Shown: positions 49,211-62,129, counted from the whole stretch's first letter. The stretch: DNA of 63,226 bases, filler included, from Octopus bimaculoides (GCF_001194135.2; 7 parts of 7 records of this genome joined end to end with filler, not necessarily neighbours in it); one strand, 5' to 3'. The notes: generated by a model not told the origin, from the sequence alone. Made by a program: numbers and translations.

Positions 49211-49933
49211 CGAGATGTTCCCGGATTGGTTATGTTTAATAAAAAGGAACTTATACCTAAGTTTTAACATCTCCTTCGAAATTGTCGCCATCTCAGGTTT
49301 GAACCCATAGACCCAACGCTCGTCGCCTGTGATGATCCTCGACTTGAAGGATGGGTCTTCAGTGGCACGCTGATGGAGATGCTGACAGATTTCGACGCGA
49401 TGTTCTCTCTGCTCAGTGATCAGCATGCGAGGAACAAACTTAGCAGAGACACACCGCATGTTCAATTGAGACGTTAGGATTGCCTGCACGGATCCATAGG
49501 ACAGGCCAACATCAGCAACGTTGTTGATTATCCTCCGATTATCCTCATGCACAAGGTGATGAATTTTCTCTAGATTTTCTGACAGCAGGTCTTCCAGATT
49601 TCTCATCGTCTTCCGGGGACGTTCTTCCGCCTTTGAAGTGCCCGTTGCACTCGAAACATTGCGTACGACCCATTGCTTCGTCGCCTAAGCTTGCTGAAGC
49701 ATGTTCTTTGTCTCTAAAGCAGTCTTCCCAAGTTAACGCAAAATTTCACGTTGGCTCTTTGCTCTAACTTCCTGTCCATGAGAAAATCGCAGACTACAGC
49801 ATACACATGATCACAAAATTTCACGACTTCTGAAGTAAACACAGATGATGCCACTCAGCACAGTACCTCATGAAGGTCAATGCTAGCTCTCACTGCGCAC
49901 ACAACTGTCCGGGAATGTTTTGATACCACGTTG
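49211..49933 (-). mobile_element. Internally deleted mariner element with both ends and TA TSD
   Basis: ATG 49779 MDRKLEQRANVKFCV...; SAKFVPRML; RIITGDERWVYGFKPE jumps to DGDNFEGD; ends TA|CAACGTGGTATCAAAACATTCCCGGA and TA|CGAGATG-TTCCCGGA. Confidence 0.9.
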
Positions 49934-50201
49934 TACATTATATATGAGTGTAAACATACGGGTATGTGCATCAATGAGCGGGTAAACCAGTTTGTTGTAC
50001 AAAAAACATACCATAATATTTATCTCACCGAGCTACATTAAAGTGAACGCAGCATTCATTCAAATTGTAAAGTAAATACGAAACACATTAATGTCTTAGT
50101 TACAATCAAGTACAATCCCTCGAGCGCGGTGTTCCAGCATGACCGCACTATAATAAGTGATTCCAGTAAAATAGAAACAAAATAATAAGCAAAATACAAT
50201 T

Positions 50202-50363
50202 GCGTTGGAGTGGCTGTGTGGTAAGTAGCTTGCTTACCAACCACATGGTCCCGGGTTCAGTCCCACTGCGTGGCATCTTGGGCAAGTGTCTTCTACTATA
50301 GCCTCGGGTCGACCAAAGCCTTGTGAGTGGATTTGGTAGACGGAAACTGAAAGAAGCCCGTCG

Positions 50364-50416
<53 letters not shown>

Positions 50417-50625
50417 TTGTGTGTCTGTGTTTGTCCCCCCAACATCGCTTGACAACCGATGCTGGTGTGTTTATGTCCCCGTAACTTAGCGGTTCGGCAA
50501 AAGAGACCGATAGAATAAGTACTAGGCTTCCAAAGAATAAGTCCTGGGGTCGATTTGCTCGACTAAAGGCGGTGCTCCAGCATGGCCACAGACAAAAAAC
50601 TGAAACAAGTAAAAGAGTAAAAGAG
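50202..50625 (+). mobile_element. SINE family A, full length, little diverged
   Basis: Close to 2498-2907 throughout. Confidence 0.92.
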
Positions 50626-51351
50626 TAGTTTAAATAGCAGATGAAATAGTGAAAAACAAATAGATTTCATAATTATTTCTGTTTTCAATATACCACTGAA
50701 TTTAAAATGTCGATTATCAGAATCAATGGAGCGTTGGACAAAATAGCACGTGGCATTTTTCTGTTTCTTTTTTCTTTCTGAATTCCCAACGCCCTATGAT
50801 CGACTTCGCTTTCTATCCTAAATATTCTAAAAAACGGTCAAGTATTAGGAATCGAATTTAACTTTCTTACTTGGTCTTTTAATTTTTTTTTCTTATTGGT
50901 TTAGACAGAGGAGGAATGATAGCACTCGTGAGCACTTTTAGAACTTTGAGAATGATTAGGGAGTAGGAAGATAATCTCTGACTGCTGAAGAAAAGACCTG
51001 AAACTTGAAATAGAGTCGATTCCATTAAAGCATCCCAATAGTTAGGTGTTACTGTTAAACGAGAAGATATATTAAGTCTCCCACCCAAGAATAGAAACAG
51101 ACCCTCCGACAGGAATCCACTCACTTCCTGTCTACCAAATTCCAGTCAATTTGATCGATCCGTTGCTGAAGTAGAAGACGTTTATTTAAGGTTCTATGCA
51201 GTGGGATTGGACGTAAAACCACGTAGTTGAGAAACGAACTTCTTAATCTATATAGCTAAGCCAGCACTCACTTATAAACGACTATAACCTTCCCTCGAAG
51301 TTTGTGGCTTTATACCAAACGTTTAGAAATTAATTATCAATTAATTAATGC

Positions 51352-51374
51352 TGTCTTTCTTTTTATCTTTTCAG
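51352..51374 (+). promoter_or_regulatory. Splice acceptor of the GPCR coding exon
   Basis: ctgtctttctttttatcttttcAG at 51373-51374, 237 nt upstream of the ATG. Confidence 0.6.
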
Positions 51375-51611
51375 TTGTCTCATGAAAACAACAGACACTT
51401 CAGAGGAAAGATAAGGAGAAAGGATGCCAGCTAGAAAGTGATAAGCTGCCCCAGATGGAAATATATTGTAAAACAACATAATCTGTATATAAAAGTATGA
51501 AAGAAAATTAAATTGATAAATAAAAGGAAAATATATTAGAATTAAAGGAAACAAAATTAAGAAAACGATAAAAGTGTGATAACTCAAAGAATAAACATCC
51601 ATCAAGAAATT

Positions 51612-52928
51612 ATGTCGGCCATAACACATTCTCCGATGTATCCTTCAGACATGTTTAGTGAAGATAATTCAACACAGATCCTTTTCTATGATAATGCCAC
51701 CAACATAACAGAAGACGAATTACCTCTTGATACAAATAATTTATTAGTGGCTTATCACTACTGGTACGCAGGCATTCATGGTTATGTAGCTTCCATCGTC
51801 TGCATATTTGGAGTCATCACGAATATTCTCAACATTATTGTACTGACAAGAAAAAATATGATTTCTCCGTCAAATATAATCCTGACTGGACTGGCCATTA
51901 GCGATGGGCTTACAATGGCTCTCTACTTCCCANNNNNNNNNNNNNNNNNNNNNNNNNNNNNNNNNNNNNNNNNNNNNNNNNNNNNNNNNNNNNNNNNNNN
52001 NNNNNNNNNNNNNNNNNNNNNNNNNNNNNNNNNNNNNNNNNNNNNNNNNNNNNNNNNNNNNNNNNNNNNNNNNNNNNNNNNNNNNNNNNNNNNNNNNNNN
52101 NNNNNNNNNNNNNNNNNNNNNNNNNNNNNNNNNNNNNNNNNNNNNNNNNNNNNNNNNNNNNNNNNNNNNNNNNNNNNNNNNNNNNNNNNNNNNNNNNNNN
52201 NNNNNNNNNNNNNNNNNNNNNNNNNNNNNNNNNNNNNNNNNNNNNNNNNNNNNNNNNNNNNNNNNNNNNNNNNNNNNNNNNNNNNNNNNNNNNNNNNNNN
52301 NNNNNNNNNNNNNNNNNNNNNNNNNNNNNNNNNNNNNNNNNNNNNNNNNNNNNNNNNNNNNNNNNNNNNNNNNNNNNNNNNNNNNNNNNNNNNNNNNNNN
52401 NNNNNNNNNNNNNNNNNNNNNNNNNNNNNNNNNNNNNNNNNNNNNNNNNNNNNNNNNNNNNNNNNNNNNNNNNNNNNNNNNNNNNNNNNNNNNNNNNNNN
52501 NNNNNNNNNNNNNNNNNNNNNNNNNNNNNNNNNNNNNNNNNNNNNNNNNNNNNNNNNNNNNNNNNNNNNNNNNNNNNNNNNNNNNNNNNNNNNNNNNNNN
52601 NNNNNNNNNNNNNNNNNNNNNNNNNNNNNNNNNNNNNNNNNNNNNNNNNNNNNNNNNNNNNNNNNNNNNNNNNNNNNNNNNNNNNNNNNNNNNNNNNNNN
52701 NNNNNNNNNNNNNNNNNNNNNNNNNNNNNNNNNNNNNNNNNNNNNNNNNNNNNNNNNNNNNNNNNNNNNNNNNNNNNNNNNNNNNNNNNNNNNNNCGTAT
52801 TGTATTGCACAATGAGTAAACAGTTTAGAGAGACATTCATCAGAATATTTTTCAAATCTTTCATTGCTACAGATGTCGGCCAATTGCAGCTGGTGTCAAC
52901 CCAGGCTACTAGGTACTCGGAAGTATGA
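51612..52928 (+). CDS. Class A peptide GPCR (myosuppressin / sex-peptide / FMRFamide receptor-like), probably one coding exon
   Basis: N-terminal sequons NST, NAT, NIT; TM1 HGYVASIVCIFGVITNILNIIVL; TM2 SNIILTGLAISD; end of TM7/helix 8 LYCTMSKQFRETF; both sides of the 863-N gap (51933-52795) are in frame, giving ~438 aa. Confidence 0.9.
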   Translation: MSAITHSPMYPSDMFSEDNSTQILFYDNATNITEDELPLDTNNLLVAYHYWYAGIHGYVASIVCIFGVITNILNIIVLTRKNMISPSNIILTGLAISDGLTMALYFPXXXXXXXXXXXXXXXXXXXXXXXXXXXXXXXXXXXXXXXXXXXXXXXXXXXXXXXXXXXXXXXXXXXXXXXXXXXXXXXXXXXXXXXXXXXXXXXXXXXXXXXXXXXXXXXXXXXXXXXXXXXXXXXXXXXXXXXXXXXXXXXXXXXXXXXXXXXXXXXXXXXXXXXXXXXXXXXXXXXXXXXXXXXXXXXXXXXXXXXXXXXXXXXXXXXXXXXXXXXXXXXXXXXXXXXXXXXXXXXXXXXXXXXXXXXXXXXXXXXXXXXXXXXXXXXXXXXXXXXXXXXXXXXXVLYCTMSKQFRETFIRIFFKSFIATDVGQLQLVSTQATRYSEV

Positions 52929-53875
52929 TCTAACTCTCCTGGTGCAGTTATATCATAACGAAGAGCACAGTTATGATTTGATGAAAAGTTAAGCAACTTA
53001 AAGTAGACAAATACAGGATTAGTCCACTTTCAGTAGACATTCTTACGCCAGTCATCCAGTCATTTCAGTTTCCTGATCAACAAACCAGCAAAGCAATCAA
53101 CAAAGAAGTCTGCGAGTGGACGCTCAACTTGCTAGACATAGTAACCAAATTTCCTTTAAGTCACACACTTTACAAAGACACCTGAGACAACAGTGGATTA
53201 CACAGTATTAGGTAGACGATGCTTAAAAAGAAGACAAGGATGATCTTGGGGGAGATTCTTTTTATGGCAGGTCTTAACACATCCATATCGACCTCGGACC
53301 AAACACAAATTTGTTACTTCAAAAATACTGAGTTTAGTAATGCGATTGCATTCTTCTTTGTTTCTCATTTTGTCTCTCATCTTTTCTTCTACAAAAAAAT
53401 AGAAATTATTATATTCGAATTGAGAAAAATACAACAATCGCAGTATATTTATTTCATCTGAGTGTAAAAGTTGACTGAATACTTATAAACAATTATTTAA
53501 AAAGCAGAAAAGATTTTATTTTTTATCATTATATCTATACATATGTAGTTTCAAAATATGTGCTGACGTGGCTGTATGGTTAAGTTTGCTTTAGAACCAT
53601 GTTGTTCTAGATTCGATCTCACCGTGCGACACGTCAGACAAGTGTCTTCTATAATAGCTTCGAGGTAAACAATTACATTGTCCGTAAAATATAAGTGGAA
53701 AAATGTATACATATATATATATATATATATATATATCATATGTGTGCGTGTGTATAGCTCTGTGTGTGTGTGTGTGNNNNNNNNNNNNNNNNNNNNNNNN
53801 NNNNNNNNNNNNNNNNNNNNTTAATTAATTAANNNNNNNNNNNNNNNNNNNNNNNNNNNNNNNNNNNNNNNNNNN

Positions 53876-54487
53876 NGAGACATGGGCCTTGAATGCAGAG
53901 GACATGCAAAGCTAGAGAAGAATGAGGCTAATATGCGCCACTGGATTTGTAATGTAAGTGTACATATATGACAAAGTGCTAATGTGTTGAGAGAAAAGTT
54001 AGGCATAAGAGGAATTAGATACTGTGTATGAGAGAGAAGACTGTGTTGGTTTGGTCATGTGATGTGGATGGATGTTGACAACCCAATAAAGAAGTTCTAA
54101 TAACTCAAAGTGGATGGAACTCATGGAAGAGGGAGACTCAGGAAGACATGGGATGAACTTTTTGAAGGAGATGACAAAAGACTGAGATAACTGGTGCCTT
54201 GCTGTTCTCAAGAGGACCTGTCCTCCATAGAAGTGTTAAGGCCACTTCCCCTGATGAAGAGGATTGGCCTGCAAGAGCCCATCATGTAAAAGCATTTGTT
54301 CTGGTGCCATGTTAAAGGTATGCAGCACACACACTGTAAGGCGGTTGGTGTTAGGAAGTGCATTCAACCATAGAAACCAAGGCATATCAAACTGGAACCT
54401 GGTGCAGCTCTCCTACCTGCCAGCTGTGGTCAAACCGTCCAACCTATGCCATCATGAAAAACAGACATTAAAGGATGATGATGATGA
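53876..54487 (+). mobile_element. RTE-clade LINE 3' end: ORF C-terminus plus 3'UTR and (GAT)n tail
   Basis: ETWAL...LEKNEANM...VLREKLGIRGI...RRLCWFGHVMWM...GRGRLRKTWDE, followed by the same UTR seen as solo repeats at 1.9, 3.7, 4.1 and 6.5 kb. Confidence 0.85.
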
Positions 54488-56747
54488 TATCCTTCTCACA
54501 GAGAATATTTCTTTTTGTCCTGAGATACTTTATTTCATTTTATTTTTTTCCTCTTCAGAAGTAAATTGATTTTAAACTGTTTCACAATCTAACTGGGACG
54601 CTGTTCTGTCCACAGATCCAGTCAGTGGCTAACAGTAGGTTGTCTCATACAAACTCACTGTTGTCTTCTTTGTTATAGATCTCGGTCTCCACCCTCATCT
54701 TGACATAGGCATCATGTAATATGAGATGCTTCTGCATGTAATACAGAAGTCATTGCACTAGGTGTTTGTCAATGAAGATTTGTGTAGTTTTGAATTCCTA
54801 CAGATTTTAGTTAATCTGTTAAATGTTTCTTTGCATTTGCATGTTTTTTTTTGTTGATATATATTTGACATTCTTTCACAAAATATAAAATATTTTGCTT
54901 ACGGTAACAGAGAGTTAAGAAAGGATAAACATTTGAATTTTAGATGAAAATTAAGCAAAAGTTAATATTTTATGAATGTAAAGAATATTCACCTTAAATA
55001 GTATAGATACATTTTAAGTAGTAATACACATATTGAAAGAACAATAGATTTACTTTAAAATAGCTATAATTTTTTAACATTACAAGAATAATAACAGATA
55101 TAATAAATATTGCATAAAATATTTACTTGGCTCCTAATTCAGAACAGATGTCATTCACTATGTTATCCGAGAGAGATCTCTCACAAACTGGTATGTATTG
55201 TGACCCATAAAGCTTTTCCACTCTTCCAGACCACAAAGTTCGGCCATGAGTTAATTTAAACTCCCGTTTTTTACCTATATTAAAAAAGAAGAATTCTGAT
55301 TAAGTTGTTGATTAGTTTGGATAATGAATGAAACTAATACAATATTTAGTTTTGTGTTTTTATGGATGACATTGAAATACTGCAGGAATTTGCTTTGCCA
55401 TTCATTCACCACGGTCAATGTATTAAGTGTCAGTATTATACTATTTCCTTTTTTAAAATTCAAATGACTATACAGAAATTGACCAACAAAATTGGTCTGT
55501 GCTCATACAGAGAGGTACAAAAGATTGGGTTAGTTAAAGATTCTTCTGATGAAAATATTTAAAAAAATTAAGATCTGTAACAATTCCTTGAGCAGTTAAC
55601 ATTCACAATTATAAGTTCACTAAATTCTATTTAATCTCCTTTAAGTAGTTAGGAATCATTACCACATAATGTATTTCTGGAGAGGTCTTCTTGATAGAAA
55701 GAATCCTAACAATAGCTTTGGTTTTTGAATTCAGAAAGAGTTTGATTTATACAAGTATCTGAGCTGATTATCTTGATACATCTGATATCACTTCACATCT
55801 GTTTGTTTAAAGATTTCATCCTAATCTTGTCTATCTTTGCCTTAAAATATCCCCAATGAAATGATGAAGAAGCACTTGTATCATCTATGCTTGAATGATA
55901 CAATCTAAAGGAAACTGCATGTTACTCTTAGACTTGCTTTAATATCACACCTCTTTGAGGAGTTGCATCTATGAATAATAAAAGACAGAAGTTTGTAGAG
56001 TTTTCTACCAACTATTTTCTCTACTTCTAATATTTGTACTTTGTTGTCTCAAATCCTGATAAGCGCTATTGAATCTAACAGATTAGCATATCAGGCAATA
56101 AATTTTTGAAAGGAGATCCTCGAAATTAGTTATTATATTTAAAAAAATTAATAACTCTTTTCAGTAAATAAATAATTTTATATATCTATTGGCAAACTCA
56201 TTACTGGTACACAGAGGACATCATAAACTCATAAAAACCTAGGGTTGGGATTGTAAAGAGAGTACAATGCTTCTCAATCACTGAGTTAGTACAGGTTACT
56301 ATCCCTNNNNNNNNNNNNGCAGAACAACACTTTTTTGTGTTGATGGTTTTAATGACCAAAATACTGGTGGTGGCTTGCATTATTTCATTTTAACTGAACA
56401 ATAACAAATTTTATCAAAATAACTGGTATCNNNNNNNNNNATTTCATTTTAACTGAACAATAACAAATTTTATCAAAATAACTGGTATCATGGTGAAAAT
56501 GTAGACAGAAGGGAGGAGATTGCTCCTCTGTAACATCCATTCCATTCTTAAGATATGCTAGCATTACATATAAATCCCAACGACTTCAGGAATGTTAAGG
56601 AATGTTAAAATATAGACATAGTAAGAAGCTTGTGCAAGCAATATTTTNNNNNNNNNNNNNNNNNNNNNNNNNNNNNNNNNNNNNNNNNNNNTTAATTAAT
56701 TAANNNNNNNNNNNNNNNNNNNNNNNNNNNNNNNNNNNNNNNNNNNN

Positions 56748-57004
56748 TTGTTTGTGCGTTTGTGCTTGTGCGTGTGTTTCTCTCTCTGTGTGTGCGTGTG
56801 TGTGTATGTGTGTGTGTGTGTGTGTATGTGTGTGTGTGTGTGTGTGAATTTGAGCGTCCATAAAGCATCCAGATATTAAATACAAAAGGCTGAAAACAAA
56901 TGGCACAAACAGCCACATACGTACATATGTACGTACGTACGTATACGGACCTACATACATACATGGCTCCATACATACACACACATGTATGTATACGTTC
57001 ATGT
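56748..57004. repeat. 257-bp block identical to 57988-58244 (likely assembly duplication)
   Basis: Identical by eye; this copy is bounded by N gaps on both sides. Confidence 0.8.
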
Positions 57005-57435
57005 NNNNNNNNNNTATATATATATATATATACATACATATATATACATACAAAGAAAGAGAGATAAATAGATAGATACATACATACATAGGGAGATACA
57101 CAGCGGGAGAGAGTGAGAGAGAGAGAGAGGTACCTAGCTAGATAGATAGTTAGATACAGTCATACATGCATACATAAAAAATACGTACAATAAGTACACA
57201 CACACTAACGAGCGCGTGTTGAAATATGCGTGCATATATACATGCATGTATACGTGTACATTTATGTGTGACTCGTGTATCATGTTCATTCATATCTAGC
57301 GTATCTATTTATGTCTACCGGCATACATTTGCATGTATTTCTATCTTTTATTTACCTGTTTGATTCTCTGTCTATCAATTTATCTGACTATCTATCCATC
57401 TGTCTATATACATATATATATATATATATACATAC

Positions 57436-57493
<58 letters not shown>

Positions 57494-58569
57494 GTATATA
57501 TGTATGTATATGTATATACATATATATATACATGTACCTATCTATCTAGTTTTCTAATTTCTAACAGTCTATACATCTATCTTTCTTTCTATCTATCTAT
57601 CTATCTATCTCCCTACCTGTCTATTCATTTATCTATCTACTTATCTATTTCTCAATGTTTCACTCACTCTGTCATGGTGTGTGTATACACTTATATAAAG
57701 AGAAACATTTTTATTGCTAAAGATTTCTTTCCTTGGAGACATAAAATTCATATGAAACTGATATATTAAACAATACCCAATAAAATAAGCCAAAATTTTC
57801 AAAGGAGAGGAATCCAACAATGGACGATGAAAGAATCGTTGTAAATGGAATTCAAGGTACATTGATTTCGATCAAGATTTATGGAATTTGATTTTAATTC
57901 TAAGCATCCAACTGAAGACATAATTTATTTATTGTTTTTGTGATTTTTTGTATATGTTTGTGCGTGTGCGCGTTTGAGTACCTTTGTTTGTTTGTGCGTT
58001 TGTGCTTGTGCGTGTGTTTCTCTCTCTGTGTGTGCGTGTGTGTGTATGTGTGTGTGTGTGTGTGTATGTGTGTGTGTGTGTGTGTGAATTTGAGCGTCCA
58101 TAAAGCATCCAGATATTAAATACAAAAGGCTGAAAACAAATGGCACAAACAGCCACATACGTACATATGTACGTACGTACGTATACGGACCTACATACAT
58201 ACATGGCTCCATACATACACACACATGTATGTATACGTTCATGTATACACACAATCATACCCACATCCGTACATAAAAACATACATAGAGATGCATACAT
58301 ACACGAAATATGTGCTCTGTTGCATAAAGCGAAAACAAACCTGGCAGCCACACACAAAAACACTTAAGCAATGAGACGCGCATACGCAAACACAAACCCA
58401 TACTCGAACATAGAAATCTTCGCATAAATACACAGAGAGTAATTGTTGAATACGCAAATTTACTCTATTTTTAAAGATGAGCAAATAAATATTTCATCGT
58501 CACAAACAAGACTGTCAAAATTGAAAATTCATCCTCATCTTCTTAAACGTAAACAATGCGTAAACGCTG

Positions 58570-58991
58570 ACACTGCTACTGCTGCTGCTGTTACTGCTGC
58601 CGATGATGATGATGATGATGATGATGGTGGTGGTGATGATGATGATGACGATGACGACGACGACGACGACGACGATGATGATAATGAAGATGGTGAGGTC
58701 GGTGAGAGAGGAATGATGTTGAAATTCATGAGCATTCATGATCAGGGATATGACGACGACTACGACGACGACGACGACGATGATGATGATGATGATGATA
58801 AGGAGGAAGAAGAGGGGGAGAATAGGAAGATGATGATGATGATGATGAGGAGGAGGAGGAGGAGGAGTAAGTGGAGTAAGTGGAGGAGGAAGAATAGGTG
58901 GACGACGACATTGGCAACAACGAAGATGATGCTGATGAAGACGACAGGGAAGAGGTTGACATCGATGACAGCGACAACGATAGTGAGGATC

Positions 58992-59052
<61 letters not shown>

Positions 59053-59110
59053 CGATGTTGCTATTCACAACGACGACTACGACTACGACGATGACGACGA
59101 CGAGAACGAC
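58570..59110. repeat. Compound (GAT/GAC/GAG)n trinucleotide low-complexity tract
   Basis: Directly visible. Confidence 0.95.
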
Positions 59111-59375
59111 GTTGATGAATATCGTATCTCTAATTAGGCTGAAGAGTCGGCTAATCATATAAGACCAAACGACCGTCGTGTTGGATTGTCTTCTGATGTC
59201 ATTCACTTCAATTCTGAGAGAACCGTCGACGAATGCTGACAACTGATGCCAACTTTTAACCGCAGACGACAGAAGCGTGCAATCAGTGGGAAACTAACAG
59301 CTGCTTCCCTTTTCTCCACCTGGACCTTTCCTACGGGAAGGACCAAGAGAAGGACCGATGTATAATTATATGAGT

Positions 59376-59520
59376 TCAATTTCCGCCGACGTCGGTTTTG
59401 CCTTTCATCCTTTCGGGTCGATAAATTAAGTACCAGTTGCGTACTGCAGTTGATCTAATCGACTCGCCCCTTCCCCTAAAATTTCGAGCCTTGTCCCTAG
59501 AGTAGAACAGAATATTATAA
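59376..59520 (+). mobile_element. SINE family B, 3' part
   Basis: TTTGCCTTTCATCCTTTCGGGTCGATAAATTAAGTACC core and tail. Confidence 0.85.
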
Positions 59521-62129
59521 CAGTGCCGTGAAAGAAATTGACTGTCAGAACGCAGAGTGGAAACAGTACCCGAAGGGCCCAAAGAACCCAGTGCTTTAGA
59601 TTGGTAGGCCTCGTATCATCTTACTTTATGTATTTTGTCAGCATTGAGAATGTAGGATTTGATTCTGTGCTGTAATCGAAAATCTTTACGTCTCAACACT
59701 GGGTTCTCCACTTGATAGTCAGTAATGCAATTCCTGCTAAGTGCAATGTGGAAAGCTGAGGGCACTTTTCTCGAATGTTTTGCAAAACATTTTTTCTCTT
59801 TTATTTGTTTGCCATTCGATTGTGGCTATGCTGGAGCACCGCACTTATTCTGTAACCCTACCACTTATTCTGTCGGTCTCTATTGCCGAACCTTGTAATT
59901 AATAGCTTCATTCAAAATGTGAAACTGCTTTTCTTGCGTTCCCTTTGTTGGGACTTTATAAACCTATTTATATTAGGATTATGCACACAACTTATTGTTA
60001 TACTTTACTAGATAATCCTGTTATCATTCATTGAATATTAAGTATTAATCTCTATAGTTATATGATACACTAAATTTTTATATTCCTTTTTCGTATAAAC
60101 TTTCTAAGTCATATTTTGCATGGTCCCTCTAAATATATTCACCATGCATTTTTCGATTTCTCTTCTAAATACATTTACCTCCCGGTTAACGATATCACAG
60201 CATATCACTGATACGGCCAGCGTATTGATGCCTATCAACAAACTCCTTGCTTTTCTCTCCGTTTCAATTCGCAGTATATAGCTTCTGCGATGTATCTATG
60301 TAACCATGTTTTTCTTTACGTGTTATTCTAAGAATAATGCAATGATTCCTAAAGTATGAGTATTGGTTGTTCTTATTTCTGTTTCTATATCTAGCATCAT
60401 ACCCATCGTGTAGATAATTAATTGTCCTTTCTTCATTATTCCCTTGGCGAATTTCCCTAATCTAAATTTCATATTTATTCTGCTAATGAAACCATCATGT
60501 ACATTTTCGCAGCTGTACATATACTCGTTTATCTTGAAGTAAGCTATAGACTTCAAATAAAAAATGATTGATTATTTCCCTATAGCATTTGTATTCGAGT
60601 CTCACCTGGTTTAATATGTTAGTTAAAGGTGTTATCACAAAGCAGAGAAGAAGTTGGGAGAAAGAGCTCACTTGAAATATCTATATTTTAAAGAGATGTT
60701 CGTTTTACAATTCATTTTTGTATTCTGCAGAATATTATTTCCATTACACATAATGTATTTATCGCTTATTCTTATCATCTATATTACCATACCGCAAGCT
60801 AATATTTCCAAAAACAATAAGCACTGAAAGGATTATCTGGTAGACAATCCATTCCATGCTCAGAGCACTTTCCGCATCAGTGGACATTGGTTATATCTTC
60901 ACTGATCTGAACCTTTGTAGTATTACTTCTAATCTTTAAAGATATTTTCCTTTAGTATTTTAACGATTTTTCACCGTTATTATTCAGAAGATATAAAAAG
61001 CATGTAAGACTTTGAAAACTTTAAGAAACAATTCTATTACTCTGTAGATTTCATGTGTTTTGTGTTTTTTGTCCTTGTGTTCCTTTAGTCGAGAGGATAA
61101 ATATAGTTCCTCACATCCTCAAACAGAGGTCAGTCAGATGTTGTCTCCAGCTGCATAAGTATCATATAAACTGTTTACCCTAACATCGAATGGATCCCAG
61201 CTAAATATTGTAGTCAAAAATTACCAATAACGCCACCACCAAATTGTTTGCTTATTGCCTCGCCTACGTTTTGCGTTATTACGGCTTCACTCTGTTGTTC
61301 AGCGCTGGGCTATTTGTTTTAGCTATTCTCGTCCGTATCGATTCATTCACTGTCCATTACCATGCCTCATATCCCTTTCATGTCTCTTGCAGTAGGAACT
61401 ACATTAACTTCTGTTTCATCGTTGCCTAAATATTGTGCAGCACTATATCAATATGTTAACATCGACATTTGACAAATAAAACAGAAGTGATGCATATAAC
61501 ACCACGTAGTTTCTCGCAGGCGCGTTGCAACTGAACAAGCATGATAAATACAACCTATCAAGAGTAATCTATCATTGAATCTAAAAACTACGTATATCAC
61601 AGGAATCTAAAAAGTAACATAAGAAAAAAATCGTGTAAACAAGCAGAGATACCAGCCATATTATCTCCTCATCATTTTCTACATTTTCTAAAGAATTGTA
61701 GCTACTCCAATTACATTGCGAATATAGTTTTGCTTACCAATAATTATATAAACGCACAGAGAAATCGCAAGCACTGGTGTGCTTGCGATATTGTGTGATA
61801 GATCATCTACTGACACTCGCTATAGGCGAATCGGCTATTAATTTATCTTCTTGTCTGAGAATTCACATTTAGCAAGAAATTAAGTTTAACAGCAAGCAAT
61901 CACGACCTGCTTAATAATAAAAATGCATTAGATGGGTAAAATGTCACCATTTTATATTTTTAATTTCACGCATGCACGCTGTTTGTTTTCGATTTCCTCG
62001 ACAACACAGTATTGTAGGGTCAGTTTGGTACTGTCTGTGAAAAAAACAGCACCATGACAAAATTTAAGAGTGTTTGGGTGTCAATTTGAGGACAGTGCAA
62101 TCTGAGAAAATGTACCGAAAGTGATAACA

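Noticed and set aside
9088-49606. Long ORFs of 150-350 aa spanning X runs
   Set aside because: Artefacts of N gaps and dinucleotide repeats. The mariner part of 48749-49606 is real; the GPCR ORF lies outside this span
6737-56703. Recurrent TTAATTAATTAA 12-mer
   Set aside because: Always embedded in N runs; a scaffolding linker with stops in all frames, not biological
56387-58244. Exact duplications 56387-56430 vs after 56440, and 56748-57004 vs 57988-58244
   Set aside because: Identical and gap-bounded; best explained by unmerged contig overlaps
58443-59242. 239-aa and 160-aa ORFs with poly-Asp/Met/Ile
   Set aside because: Open only because of trinucleotide repeats; no splice or domain support
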